This document shows, in pieces, positions 30,401 through 45,400 of a stretch of DNA of 64,000 bases; within the stretch, counting starts at the first letter, position 1, and each line of letters starts with the position of its first letter. The stretch lies in assembly GCA_037379345.1 (NCBI GenBank), contig CM074511.1, positions 29,456,862 to 29,520,861 of the forward strand, in the 5' to 3' direction. The translations under genes were made by a program, and so were the position numbers. The notes below the pieces were generated by a model. It was given only the letters and a program-made list of their open reading frames with translations, was not told the DNA's origin and did no database searches. The DNA is from Perna viridis. Taxonomy: Eukaryota.

Positions 30401-33400
30401 TATTTTGGTTATTCACGGTTTCCAATTAATTATTTTATTATTCATGGTAGAAGATCAAATTTATTGTTTGCTCCTCTTACAGTTCATGATAATCCAGACA
30501 GTGATTCAAACAGTTCTGATGATGATGACCATGATGGCCATGAAGATGATGAGGACGATGATGATGAATGTGATGATGAAGATGAAGATGATGACGATGA
30601 TGATGAAGATGATGAGGTAAACATACAGGTTTTTTTCTTTTATAGTATTAAGTGTTTTGGGTTAAACCATTAACTTTGGTGAATACTTGATGGCATGTAA
30701 ATTGTTGGGTTGATATTTAGCATGATGGGTTGTACTTTATGTTTAAATTTTGTCCATTCTAGTTCATGTTTATAAATTTTGAAAATTAAGGATGATAGAG
30801 GAATTGAAGTCGTACAGGCATAAATGGATTGCTTCTAGTTATTTAAAAAAAAAACAACCAAAAAAATCAAGTAATGATTATAAGTAGTGATATTTGCAGC
30901 AGTAGTAGTCAATGTAAAAGCTTTTTTCAATTTATGGAAATTTTTTAAAGTTTTGTTTTTACTGTGTAAACTTTTGACGGCAGTCTTTGCTTTTGCCTTT
31001 ACCAACTAGTACAAATGCCTGGACATTAAAAATGAGATTAAGCTAGTACAAAAAATTTAAAATATTATTTGCTCATGAGGGAAATTAGTATAATCGTTAG
31101 TGGATTAGGTTAGTAGCAAAACATGTGTGGACTTCAACATTTTGCCGTCACTTTGTACTCATTACCCATTAATTCATTAGTCACTATATATTTCACACAA
31201 ATATTCCATGACTTAAGTCTAGATGCAGGTGAATTGCTGTTGAATAATTTATGAAGTGGACTGGGTAGGAAGGCATTTTTTATCTTTGGACTGTTCATTT
31301 ATTGAATTTTGAATGGTTTATCATTGTATAGGAATATTTCTGTAAAATAATTTAAATGCCTTCTGATCCCTCTTCCAAAAAAAAACCTTGAAAAGCCTAA
31401 AGGGTTTTCCTTATTTCTAGTTAAATAGTACAGGGGCTCATTAAATACAAACCATGCCTTCTTACTTCTTAAAACATGAATTCAACATCACCAAACCATA
31501 CTTATAATTATTTCGTTCAGTTATACTTTAAAGTTGCTGCAGCCTGGGAAGGTCACAGTTGGTGCAAGTAGATTTATTAGGTTTTAGAGCTATTGTAATC
31601 AGTTTAAGTATTACCAGGTCTGTTTAAAATTGTAAAGATAAATTATTTGGCTAGAAAAAAAAAGTATTTCGAAATTTTATTGTAGGTGACATTTAATCAT
31701 AGGTGGTTAGATAATGATGGATTAGGTGCCATGGTAAGTATATCATCAGGACTATTTTAATATTTGGATTTGTAATATATTGGATTACTCCAACTTCACT
31801 TGTAGATTTGGCAATTGTATTCAGTATTAACCAATAGTAAATCATTTGATTTTTACAATTGAATATGTATTAGAAGGAAACTTGGAAGGGTTTGGTTGAT
31901 GTCATCAATTTATCAGAGCAGGAACAAGACCTGGCAAAATAATTTTTCAACCTGTCGGATATTTGGTCTGGCAACCTAACAAAATCTGCTGGACAGAACA
32001 ATTATCTGCCGTGCAGAAAAAAAAACATTTTAAATGTGCCTTGATTCGGACGCCATCTTTAAACTGGAAGTTCAGGTTGTGGCGTGTCTGGTCATCTGGT
32101 CCGGAAATCCTACAAATTTTACCGGACCGGCTGCTTAAAGTACTGGTCATGTCTGACAGTCCGACGAATTTCGCCATGACTTTGGCTGTATTAGTATTAC
32201 CAATGAGCTGTTGTCACACCGCTAGAAATATATTGAAACATGTCTGTTTCTACCCTCTGAGAATTCCATAATTCTGCATTGTTTGAGTTGAATGTTATTC
32301 TCAAATTCCAATCTTTACGGAGTGACTTGTATCTCTGAAATGAATCATGAATTTTCTGATTAAGTCATTTAATTTCTATTGTTAAAGTCATTGTTAGCTT
32401 TCTGGCTTTACTGATCCATCTGATTTAAAGTCATTGTTAGCTTTCCAGCTTTACTGATCCATCTGATCTAAAGCAAAATTTATCTTGTATTTTGCTTTAT
32501 TTAAAAACAATTTTAAGAACATCTGTAAATCTGAGAATATTTGCTTCCTTAATTTGCTAGCTTTTGGTGATTTTTTTGAAAAAAAAGGAACTTGACTATC
32601 GTCCTTGGGTAAAATTCATAAATATTGGAATAAGTTATGAAGTTTGTTAGATTTTGTAATTTGTTAGTCCTGTTGCAGCTTATATTTCTTGTGGAAAATC
32701 TTGTTTCTACTTGCTGTGTTGGTAAACTTTATATCTTCACTTTTAAGATAGATTTGGTGTTCAGTAAACTTTTTTATTTGTACAGAAACAAATTTGGTCT
32801 GAAATTTCTCATATTTTACTATATTTGCATGAACCAGTAGCTGTTATAATTTTCTGCTTTATTTCTTCATTGTATGCGCAACAAATTTTCTGTTACATGA
32901 TGTTTTAGAAGATAAAAAAGGAAACTCATTATGACCCTCTGATCATGGTCTTACAGCTCAATGCTCGAAAGTCATTTTGCAATTTTTTTTTGTAAGTGTT
33001 GATAGTTTTTTGTTGTCAAATATAGTAGTTAGCATTTTTGACATTTTGTGCTGTTCATATAAACATGCTTGCATTGATATGTGGTCTCTTTTGGTGATAG
33101 CTTTAGTGGTACTCAGTTTTCACATTTTTTTATAGAGGTTATCATGTTTTTAATTGAAATTTTATCTACAGATTACCTTGGCTCATGTTTTGTGCTTCCA
33201 TTCATTGGGCTTATCTTTAAAAAAAAAAGAAGTTAGAAAAAAATGGTATTAGAAACTATGTTCACTTCTTTTCTTTTAGGGATCTGACATGGAGAATGGT
33301 ATAGAAGATGACTACCAGGATATAGAACCTGCTCATATGCAGAGACATGACTTCGATGATATTTTCCAGATGGATGATATGTTAATCCCTGGTATGTATG

Positions 33401-36400
33401 TTGGTTGCTATTTTATTTCTATTTTTTCACAATATTTAATAGCTCTAAACTGTTGAAAGAAACGTAGAATTGCTTGCATCTAATGCCGAATGAATTTGGA
33501 ACCATATTATATTTGCATAGCTAGGAACAAATTGCATATTTATACTTTATTGTCACATTCATTACTTCATTGGTCTATAGAGAATGGAAGTATTGTTGTA
33601 TTACCTCGAAGACCTGGGACTTCAATTATTGTCATTTGGTGAGGTAGGTAAGAATTAAGAGATTCAGAACAATTAAGAACTAATTTTTAGTCATTCAATT
33701 GAGTTAAAAAGAGAGAAGTACACAATATAAATGTTTGGTTACATAAAATGGAAGATACTTATTTGAAATATTTTGAAATGGTGTCTCATCAATTAAAAGC
33801 TTTTTTTTTTTTTTTTAAATTTTGTTCAGATGCTCCACACATAATGTTTAACACCATTGACAACAGACAGTTACAGAGACATGAACTACATTTTCCTCTT
33901 TTCATGGATAATGACAATGGCAATGAAGCTATCAGTAAGTTGATTATTTTACTTTCGAAGTATGGTTTGGGACAGATAGCCTGAAGATGTCTGTACAAGC
34001 CATGGTTCAAATTTACATTGAAGCTGTTATCAGTGTATACATGTTCACATTATCACAAAACTTGGTTCTCGTGAACATCATGTTATGAACTTTATTAAAT
34101 ACATGTATGTGTGGAATTTTTTATTTGACAAAAATTTCATTACTTCCTGGGTTAATGTATGGTTAAGAACTAGCATCAATGCTGTGGATTTAGGTTCCAT
34201 GTTTTAATCTGGTGTGGTCAACTAATTTACTGATAAAATATTTTGTAAACATTGGTTTTGAGACTTATATGTTATATGATGAATTATTTACTTTTATTAT
34301 TGAACAGCTAATGCTACTTGCAACGGATTTTTAGGAGACTTTTAACTTTTTAAACCATATTTTTCATTTTCTTTCAGCTCCTTCCATGCCACCTGCTCCC
34401 AGTAATGTCCCTACAAACCATCCCCTGCTGGTTCGTCAGGCAGATCAAACAGTTGTTGGCATGTCACGTGTCAGAGGGGGCAGACAAAGAGGCACTTGCA
34501 GATACAACCCATCAACCCATACACTACATGTGGCTTTACCCAGACAGCCAAATCCTCCTGCTATATTACAAAGGTTTGAACTTTAAAAATATGTGCAATT
34601 ATTATACACTCAACCCCCTTAATAAAGAAAGTAAATTAAAATACCTTTTTGTATATTGGAATTACAAAAGATGACATAATCAGAATAGCATCACAAAGTA
34701 CTGTTACTATAAAGTTTTTTTTCAATAATTAATTTAATTAATATTAAAAACAGGAAGTTTTTCATTGCATTGACAAAACAAATACATGTTGTTTTAGTGA
34801 CATAAGTAGGTTTTATCACCCAGATACTTAACTCACTGAGTGGGTAGATTATTGGAATCACCTCGTCTGTCCATCCAAACAATTATCTCTGCTCCCCATG
34901 AATGGATTAATTTTAAATTTGGTGTGTGGCTTTATATAGATGGGACATATGTTGTAGCAATTTTGGCTATTCAAGTTTTGTACTAGTGGGAGTATACCTA
35001 GCATAACAACATGTTTAAAATTGTTATGATTTAACAAGAAAGGGCTATGAATGTATATACTGGATATTAACACTTTTTGAATGCAGATTATTAGGTCCAG
35101 CAACAGCAGCTGATGTTCTACAGTTGACCAACACGTTCACATCGGTAGCAGGCCCGACCCCAACACGAGTGGTTGTGAGTAGTAATGATGATATCAGATT
35201 TGTTACAAATAGAGATACGATGGACGATGAGTACTTTTATCAGGAATTGTTTCAGGTTAGAAACATTCCCTGTATATAAATGTAGTGTTGTTCTGTATAG
35301 TCCGCTTTGGTGTAGTCAAAATTATACTATTCATATAGCCGTAACTGAAGTTCTGACATTATGTTATATGGGAGATGCTAGATCACTAATCATGGCATGT
35401 TTTTTTTTTTTTTTTTTTTTTTTATCAAATTTGGGGGAGGTTGTGATATTATATTATACATGATATGTACAGGGTGAGAAGAACTATGTCAAATGTGATT
35501 AATTAATAGTTTTATTCAGGCAAGCATGATTTTGCACATTTCAGTAATTTTTTTTTACTCTGTTCACTTGAAGAGAAGTAATGTTAGGTATGTGGGAAGA
35601 TGCTGGCTTTTCTAACTGTCCATCAGAAGTTTATATAATGCAAAATGTTAATTGCTAATTTTCAGTTTTCATTCTATTATTTGGGTGAATTTGGGTTATA
35701 TACAGACAACAGTAATTCATTAATTTGAAAGTAATGGATTTCACCAATGATGACTTGAAACTAATGTCATTTTTACCAAAATTTTACTCTTGGTCATATC
35801 ATAGAGACATTTAGAAATGCTGGTTGTAGGTTGCACTCGCAGTTGAGAACAACACTACATTGTAATATTCATCTTTTATAAAATTGCATGTGTGTTGTAC
35901 ATAGGTGTCAGCTGTCATATTCTTTCAATTATAATTCTGATTAAAAAAAAACCAATCTCCTCAGTTGTGATTGAATGATTAACTTTGGTAATTAAAATAA
36001 CAGGATACATATAGAGTATTTGGGTTAGTTGCATTTGATATGTAAAAGTATTATTGATGACAATATTTTCCTCATATTTCCTTAATCTAAACCTTGATTG
36101 CTGATTTCTATATTTTATTGCATTTCCATTTACTAATACTTCCAAACCTATTGCTATTCCAATACACGAAGAAGGAAGAGAAGAAAAAAAGAGAGAGAAC
36201 AAGCTAAATGAGGGATGTTCCGGAATCAAATGTATGAAGGCTGAATTCTTTTCTAAAACTCACCAACAAACTAAAATTGATGGGTTTTTTTTTCTTTTGA
36301 TATAAAAAAAGCCTCTATTCCTACCACCCATTATAAGAAATGCATCTCCCTTACAATCCATCTGACATGATTCTTTCTGGATCAGCCCTTATCTATATGA

Positions 36401-39400
36401 TTTATACAAAACTATATATTTTGGAGAGAACCTTTCAATTTAACTCTGAAATTAGCTGACACCTCTGTTGTTGCATGTTTGAACCTCTTTCTGTTTAATT
36501 TACATACAATTTTAATGTTTTTGCTTGTTCCAGCAAAACTTACATGTGTCCCGGGGACGGCATTTCAAAAATATATACTTGGTTGTGTGTTGGTTGAAAA
36601 TGCATCTATAACACGGTACTGGGCTTGGAAATTCACTTCTGTGAGTGGTTGTTGGGAAAATGAAGGAACATTCTGTTGAAAGTTGTTTTTTACTTTCTCG
36701 AAATGATCCAAAATGAATCCCTGCCATTGTATAAACCTTTAGTATAGTTGAGTTACGCGCTTTTGTTGGCTTTTGTTGCCGGAAGTATGCGCCATTTTTA
36801 CAGGTGTTCCACGTGGAAATTGCCCCGTGTTTGTTTTGACATTATTCTTTCGGTATTCTCAGGGTTTTGCTGTGACACCTGAACATCAGAAAAGATGTCA
36901 ACTGCTGTTTGTTTATGTGCTTCATAAGTGTTTCTCATCTCTCGATTTTCATGTTGATTAGATTCTTGGTTTTCCTGTTTTGAGGGTTTTACATTAGTAA
37001 TTTTGGGGCCCTTTATATCTTACTTTTTGGTATGATCCAAGGCTCCGTGTTGAAGATTGTACTTAGACTTATTTATTATTATGGTTTATAAGATTGTACT
37101 TAGACTTATTTATTATTATGGTTTATACTTTAAATAAATTGTGTCTTGGATGGAGAGTTGTCTTCATCTTAGAAATTGTCAGAGAGTTTACAACAATGGA
37201 CAAAATTTCCATACCATTAAACAAGATAGCCCCAGTGTGCAAATGAGCAGAATTCTCGATATTGATAAACATCAAGATTACTTTATACTCTCTTGTTCCT
37301 CACCTGCACAGCGTGCATGCAAACTTGTTTGATGCTTAAGTACAGATTTCCAGCTGAAAGTGCTAGGTATACAGGTTACAGACCACCAATTCAACCAATG
37401 AGCATTTGGAACGCAGTCCTACGCAGAAATTACCCCTGTTCCTCATAGTGCTGTGAAAAAAGTTCTCATCTCATTTAAAAAATTTAAACAGTTTCTGAAA
37501 GGAAAAACATTTCTGTACATTTTATAGGTGCATTTTGCTTCTTGTGATGTGAAGCCTAATCTCCATAATGATTTCTAAATATACCCCTATCTTGTGAAAA
37601 CACTGGGATTTCCCATGCTATTTATAGTCACTTCACTTCCGGTGACCAGAACTGCACTGCAAGTCTGCTAACCCCACATGCCATTCTGAGGATTGTGAGC
37701 TGGCATATGTAGAATCATGCTGATATATAGTCCTCTGCAGGTTAAAGTTAAGGTAAAGTCCAGAGAAGCCATTGAATTTTGTGAAATTAGCATAGAAGCC
37801 TATGGGAAGTGGAATTAGTGGTATATAGCCTACAAGAAGAGAAGTTTTCTTGAAATCATTGATCCCTGATAAAACAAATGGATTTTAGGAAACTTCACAC
37901 AACTATCAAGGCAATCATATGGATACACACAGAAAATTCAACTGGTTAGATGAGATACAAAATAGTTTATGGCAATACACCAGCTCCATATACAGTCACT
38001 GTTGTACAGTGTGGATCAATACAACTTCAGCATTATCTTCTGTTTCTCTTCACATACCAAATATCATTGACATGTGATATGAAGTGGTTGTTGAAAATTT
38101 AATATGGACAAATACTCTTACAATTGCGAATACCAGAAAGGTAATCCCTATATTCTGGCCTTCTCCGAATTTGCTCTTAGGCAAGACAAAAATCAAGATT
38201 TAGCTGTGCATTGAAAAATGAATGTTAATATATGAAACGATTTTAATATACAGATATATGAATGCGCATGGTAAAAGCATTAGTCTATACATGAATATGT
38301 GCATTATGCAAGAAATAGGCAAAACAGCGAATATACATATTTTTTAATCAGTGTCTTGGCTAGGCAAAATGGAGGGCTGCAGCGTCCCGCCCCTCTGCCA
38401 TATTACTTCTTTAGTGCTCATTTATAATTATCTGAAGATTACACTTTTGTTAATAAATTACCCCTAGCCAATTAAGAAGTGTCACCTTCATTTACCACAT
38501 CCTGTGGTAATTAACCCTCAGGTATACCTCAGGTAATTATTGGTGATCAATCAGCTGATCAGGGTTGTCAGATGATGATCATTGACAAGTAGAAATTGGA
38601 TCCAGATTTGATCTTTCACCATTTCATGTACAGACAATCATTGGTTAATAATTATTTTCTTTTGTACAATTAATTTCAAAAATATTTTAAAGTTGACAGG
38701 TCTGTGTTATGTAGAACCATGGGTGTGAACAATTGCATGTTGCATATGTTTGTTTGTCGGTATTCAATATGTCGGTTATCTCTGTCAGTTCAATTCATTT
38801 TAAAATTGTCTGTATCTTCAACAGTACAGGTAATTTTTCAAAAGTTATAATTACATTAGAGAACATAGTATGATTTTGAAATTAAATTGGAGCAATATTG
38901 AATATTTGTTACATTTCATTCAACATTTTACCTCATAGTATGTTATAAATGTTAAAAATCACTTGCCCTTAATCTCCTTTATGGTGTGATAGTATACTGC
39001 TTTAAATTCTCCAAAGGCAATGTTAATTTTTGTCTACACATCTTTCTTGTATTATTTAAAAAGAATACAAACATACAAGAAAAGCAAAAAAAAAAAAAGA
39101 ATATATTTCTGACTTAATGGAAACATAAATCTTGAACAAAAAAAAACTTCAAATACACCAATATCCCTTTTTGGTTGAAAAAGCATGCAACATGTTGAAG
39201 TGCCCTCTTCCCTGTGCACCCTCTAATTTCAGATCCTAGCTGGGACACTGATTATATGTAAATGGAATGAAGCATTCATGAAATCATGCAATGTCTTGCT
39301 ATCATCTGTATGAAATACATGTATGTCACATGCAGCTGAAATATATAACACATTAAAGAATCACCATGGGAATACTGTTAAAGAATATATAAAAATTTTA

Positions 39401-42400
39401 ATTTGCTTCTGTTGGTGCCTTTAAAGCTTGGGTTTTTACCTCTATGGGTGGGTAGGAGTGGAAAAATATCGCTTCTGTGGAAGGTTGCCCCAATTTTCAA
39501 GTGCCTTCCTCCCGTCCCATGTATGTTTTACTGGAACGGCCCTTAGATTTGTGTGTTTTGAGATGTTTTCTGTTCACACTTTTTGATGTAAAGAAGATGC
39601 TCCTGGTAGTTTCTATTTTTCACTTTTTAATTTCAGGAGTTGTTTAGCTTTACATTTGAAATATCTTGATGCTTTTTTCTTCTATGCCTCTATGAAATAA
39701 TTTGCTGGCTTTGTTTATAACAAAAATTGAATGGAAATTTTTTATAATTTCCTTTATTGTAAAATTTCTATTAGCAACTTTTATATATTTCAGTCATTCA
39801 TTTTAATATAGGACATGCTGTTGATTTTGTTTGATCAAATGTCATACCAGCAGTAATACTATGGTGGAAATGATAGCAGGGAATACTTAGAAACAGAGAA
39901 ACAATTTGTTTTGCTTAATCTAAATGACGACACTGTCAACTATTAGTTGCTATTTCTATTTCAGGATCCGTTCCTACGTGATAATGAACCATCATCATCA
40001 GGGATGCTGTCCCTCATACCATCAACTCTGACTCGCTGGACAGAGGAGGCTAAAGTTTTGGATGGTGACAGTGTTCATGACTGTGTAACATGTAAGCTTT
40101 TATTAAGCAATTTGGATGAAATCAAAAATATTTTTGAGAATCCTTAGAAAAATCTCAGGAAATTTTATTGAGGTGAAAATATGTTTCTTGCATAGTGTGT
40201 TGTATTACATATAAGTGTGATAATTTAGGAGAAATGTATTGAATGTTCACATAATGTAATTAATTGTACTGCTACATACAAAAGTGAAATAATCTGTTGC
40301 AGTTTTATTTTACACCCCCAACTGGTTAAAAAGTTTACAGTGATGAGAGTAGCTTTGTGTCTCTTACAGCTTTGAAACCAGACATTATTGAAGACATGGT
40401 AAAGAACCGGGACGAGGAACTCGATGAAAGGAAAGAGAAAAGAAGGAAGGTAGCTGAAGAAGAGAAAAGAAAAAGGGAGGAATATGAGGAAGAAATGAGG
40501 TCGAAAGGACTTGATGATCCCTTCTCTATTAATTACAGACCTCCACCACCAGATCCTTCCAAGGTTATTTATTATTGAAAAATGATACATTTCTTTTCAA
40601 AATAAGGACTAAGTATTTGATATCTCTTCTTAAAATTGAATTAAAAAAAATTATTGATAAATAATGTAACAAGCTCTTATTTCACAAACCTGATTTTCTT
40701 CTACTTTAAAGCAGAATTCTGCTTTTTCAGATCTGGATTTTACCGTTATGATTCTTTTTTTTTACTGTTAATTTACTTCCAATTTTACCAATTTCTGCTT
40801 CCGTTTGATGACCTTGTAAAATCAGGTCAGATTTCAGTAATGATAAAGGTTTCAATGTATGAAGTTCAATGATTGTTTACTTCCTGTTTTATACAATTCT
40901 GAACACAGTACAATTGTTCCCTTATAACTTACAGCCAAATCCAGCCATGTTAGTAACAGCAGACAACTGTCCACCTCGTACACCAGTCAACAACATGCCT
41001 TCCTTTGTGAGACCTGGTGGTATTATAGATAACATCCCATTATCAGAAGCCTTGGAAATTCAGGCACGGCAGAGAGAACAACAGGGTAGTGACTCAAGAC
41101 CTCAGGAGGCTGAGACCAGTACTATCAGTAAGATTTATGTTTTTAATTACATGTATATGATTGATGTGGCACTAGGAAAAGAATTTTAAGTATTTTTTTA
41201 GAAAAAAATCTGTCTAATTTGAGTATCTATTATAATGTGGTATTAAAAGACAAGGGGGGGGGGGGGAATTGTTTGAAAGAATGAAATTTTAATGATGTAT
41301 TCTATGACAAAAACAAAGGGAAAATAGAAAACAAATGTTTTTTACATTGATTTAAGGCCTGGTATTAATCTCTGTATATATTTTTGTTTAAATAATAGGT
41401 GCATCAGAAGCAGCTGCAGCTGCAGAAAGAATTGCCACAGTGATGGTAGAGGGAATGTTGTCCTCCTCCACTCCTGCTCCATCGAGTCAGCCAGCAACAG
41501 CAGCTGGACCAGCAGTAGGGGCTGAAGCAGTTACACCTGCAAACCCTCCTCCTATGGTCACACCAGGTGCTCCTGTGCATCAACGAGTGACAGATCTAGA
41601 AAGGTAGGGCATTACTTTTTTTTTTAACATTTCATAGAATAGGGGTAGGATGATGAGAAGAAAAGATATTGGCTCTTGGAATGAAATAAAAAAAAAATCA
41701 GTCACCATTATTTTTATACTCCAGTTCCAATGGGGTTTACTATTTTGCCGGTGTCCATCTGTCTGTTCATTACATTTTTTTTGTGGATATTTTGACACAA
41801 GCCGCATTTTGGTTTTTCAAATAGTGGGATTTGATTTCAGGCTTTTGCAACAAGAACTTCTGTTTGATGACGAAGTTTTTATTTGGTCGTATGTATACTC
41901 AATCTTATTAAAATTAGATTGATGTATACTGAAATGAAATATAGGGGTATCAGTAATGGGTTTGGGCAAACATTGCTTGGATACATGTCTTTTTAACTAT
42001 GAAAAATTTTGCAATGTGTCTTTCAGATTTCAAATGACAAAAATTTAACTGAAATGTGACACATGATGCAGTAGATAATTGGTTTATTTTTTTCAATCAG
42101 TTGTCACAATTAAGAAATTGTATTTCTGTGTTTTGTGTGTGTTTTTTTTTTTTTTTTTTATTTTTTTTTTTTTTTTTTTTTTTTAATACACCAAAACAAA
42201 TATCAACAAATGTAATGTGAGGACTTGTTCTGTATGTTAAAACATTTTGTTACAGATCAAATCCTCCAAATATATCTAATCTGGCATCACTGCTGCTGAA
42301 TGATGAAGATAGTGAGGCTCTAGAGGGTGACAACCCATTGGTACAGATTCTACGAGGTGTTCAACATGCTCAGCAAGGCACAGCTTCCAGCACTTCAGGT

Positions 42401-45400
42401 ATAACAAAATTGACCACGTTTGATCTTACTGTAATTACAGTAAAAATGTAGTTGAGAATAAGAAACATGTATAGTTATTAGGTTGTCCTAAAGCAGAAAT
42501 CAGTGGAAAAATGTTCAAATTTACTCAATTTACTGGATTGACTTAAGTTTGTTTCTGATGACATTACAATCATGAAGATGTAATACTGGAGTTTTGAAGT
42601 TCACATTCATGCATAATGTAGACAATTACGGTAGTGTTCAATAAATACATTTTTTTTGGTTATTTATTTGAATCAAATACTTAATTAGTGACTTACATCA
42701 TATAAATATTTAAGAGGGGCTAGGTCTAATGTTATGATTGAGTGTTTCTAATTGTTATTTCAGTGACAGCATCTGGTACCACAGAGTCTGTTCTAGCCAG
42801 TCCGATACCTGTCATATCTGGAATGGGAAACCCTCTCAATGAACTTATTGGACTACGGTAATTTAATTAGATATTTGAGAATCAAAGGGATATTTATATG
42901 TTGTGTGTCAATAACTGCAGAGCTATTGAGATATGAGCTTTAACTGCATTCTTGTGTACGACTGACCTCTTATACCATGGGTCACATGGAAGGGCTGAAT
43001 GCAACAACAAATTCAGCATATATAGACTAGATTGACTTCTGTGTCATTTCTGGTATTCATTGTTGATACATCATTCTATGGTCATCAGTGATTTAGCTAG
43101 CGCTCACCATTTTCGCCATTGACGAATGATTTTCGAAAGTGGCGAATTTTTCTCGTGCACGATTCGTCGCTTGATATTTCGCTCCCCCCCAAAAAAAAAT
43201 ATCGGTAAAAAAGCCTCTGATGTTCCCATGACCCCATAATTGACAACTTTATTACCTTTCCCAAGCCAATTAGGGTTTTACAATAAACAATCATGACCAA
43301 TGTTTTGATTGCATCACCTTTGATCACACCTTGCTTGATCACCTGATTGAGGCTAATTATCCCGACAAACAAATTAACGGTAAGTGTCATCGTATGTATT
43401 TAAAATGGAAAGATGTTTGGATTTTTCAATCACAGTTCGAATCGCAACTATGTCCGCCATTACAAACTATTTTAGTTTGTCGTCACATGACAACGTACCT
43501 AAAGGTCAAAAGTCTAAAAATAAGTCAAATACTACAAATAGTCGCAGTGATCGGCTATTAAAGTCAAAATTTAAACCAGAGTGGTCAAAGATATTTCCAT
43601 GCATATACTACATAGATGGGGCGATGTACTGCCGTGACTGCCAAGATGCTGGACTTACCAATACATTTTCTATCGGAAGCAACGCATTCCTAAAAGATAA
43701 TATACAGAAGCACATCAACACTGCTGATCATAAACGAGCAGTTCAGTTCTGATATTGGTTCCTTTGATTATAAGATAGCTTTCACTTTGTGGTGCATGGC
43801 TAAGGACAGGAGGTTTATGCATTACTGATCAAGTAAACAGTGCTTTACATTCTTAGACACATGCCAACAATAGTAGCTGATGTATATAATTTTTAGATTT
43901 TTACACACATGATATGTATGACACAGTAACAAAGTATTTTTTTGCATTTTTTATTCATGAATAGTTGCTAATGTAGAAACTGTATGTTATATATTTTTTT
44001 ATTAATATGAAGTATCTGTTATTTATATACCAGTGCTGACATAGAAATAAACATGTTATTATTTATAATATAGTTGTTATAAGTATATGTATATACATGC
44101 ATGCTGATAAATTTGTGACGTGAAAAGAAAAAAAAGTATTGAGATTTAGTCTTACGCAAAAGTGACTAATGGGTTGAAAATCCTGGCTAAATCCCTGTGG
44201 TCATGCATATCTTCTCCTGTGATATGAAGCTGGTCAAAATGTACGTGTATATGTTGTCTTGTTTCATTTTAAAGAGAGCAAGCTTCACAACCTAGCAGTA
44301 TTTCAACGCCACCTCTACCTGATTTTGCTCATGTAGAAATACCCACCAGTCTTTCAGCTGCAGGTGAAGCAGCAGCTACACCAACAGATCAACCACCATT
44401 GCCCCCGCCAGTACCAGGTGCATCCTCAACTATCCTGGAGTCAGTGCCAACCAGCACAGCAGCAGAGGCTACATCCAGCTCATCAACAGAGCCTTCAACC
44501 ACAACTGGTACAGGTAATAACCATTTGTTTGAACTAATTTTTCCCCCCACTAATTACCTTGTCTGTACATCTTGTAGCAAAAATCTCTACTTCTATTGGA
44601 GAGAATGTTTTGCATGATAACTGATGCAGCTTCCAGGTTTGATGTAAATGGTTGAGTCGGGGGGTGGGGGGGTTTGCATACCTCTAATATTGCTGCTCGG
44701 GCATTAAACCCCAATAATCAATCAATCATTAGAAACAAGTTTCATTAATGGGTTTCATTTTCATCTGAGACAAAATAGCTATATTAAAATACATTACGTT
44801 AATGTATTTACAATCACACCAGTCGTAGATTAACCTTTCAATGGAGAGCTAATTTGTAGTTTCATAAGACTGGTGGTCTTCATATAGAGCTTAACTTTAA
44901 GCTGCACTTGCACATTTGTAACTAAAAGTCTTCACAGACAGGCTATTGCAGAATGCAGATGGTTGTAGAGACAGGTTTGATATTGTTACTTCAAAGAAAC
45001 TTATAGAATGTAAGGACAAAAATATGCTGTTACTTACGTTTTCATTTTCATTTCATCCAGAAAGCAGTTTACCAGATGGAGTTGACCCATCATTTTTAGC
45101 TGCTTTGCCTGACAATATCAGACAGGAGGTGATAGCTGAACAGTTGCGTCTTCAGAGGATACAGCAGAGTGCCAGAGATCAGGCTCAGACCGCTCAGAAT
45201 ATAGGGTCAATGGAGGTCAGTCCTGAATTCCTGGCTGCTCTACCTCCCGGTATTCAAGAGGAGGTAAGTTTTGTTTTTGTCTGTATTATCATTTTATCTC
45301 CTTATAACGCATGCAACAATGTTGTATATGGTATGATAATTTTGACATGTTTACAGTTTATCTGTCTGTCTGTCCCTTTTCTTGGTTTACATATAAATGG

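Noticed and set aside
30378-30620. Met-rich ORF
   Set aside because: Alternative frame of the GAT-rich acidic HUWE1 exon.
31913-32259. GC-richer segment with CAGAG.../...CTCTG ends and ORFs 31947/31963
   Set aside because: Probably a decayed DNA transposon, but the TIRs are poor and there is no TSD; the ORFs have no recognisable motif.
33640-33662. TGAGGTAG let-7-like seed (human HUWE1 hosts let-7f-2/miR-98)
   Set aside because: Only the first 8 nt match; no let-7 body or precursor hairpin. It is a splice-donor-like sequence.
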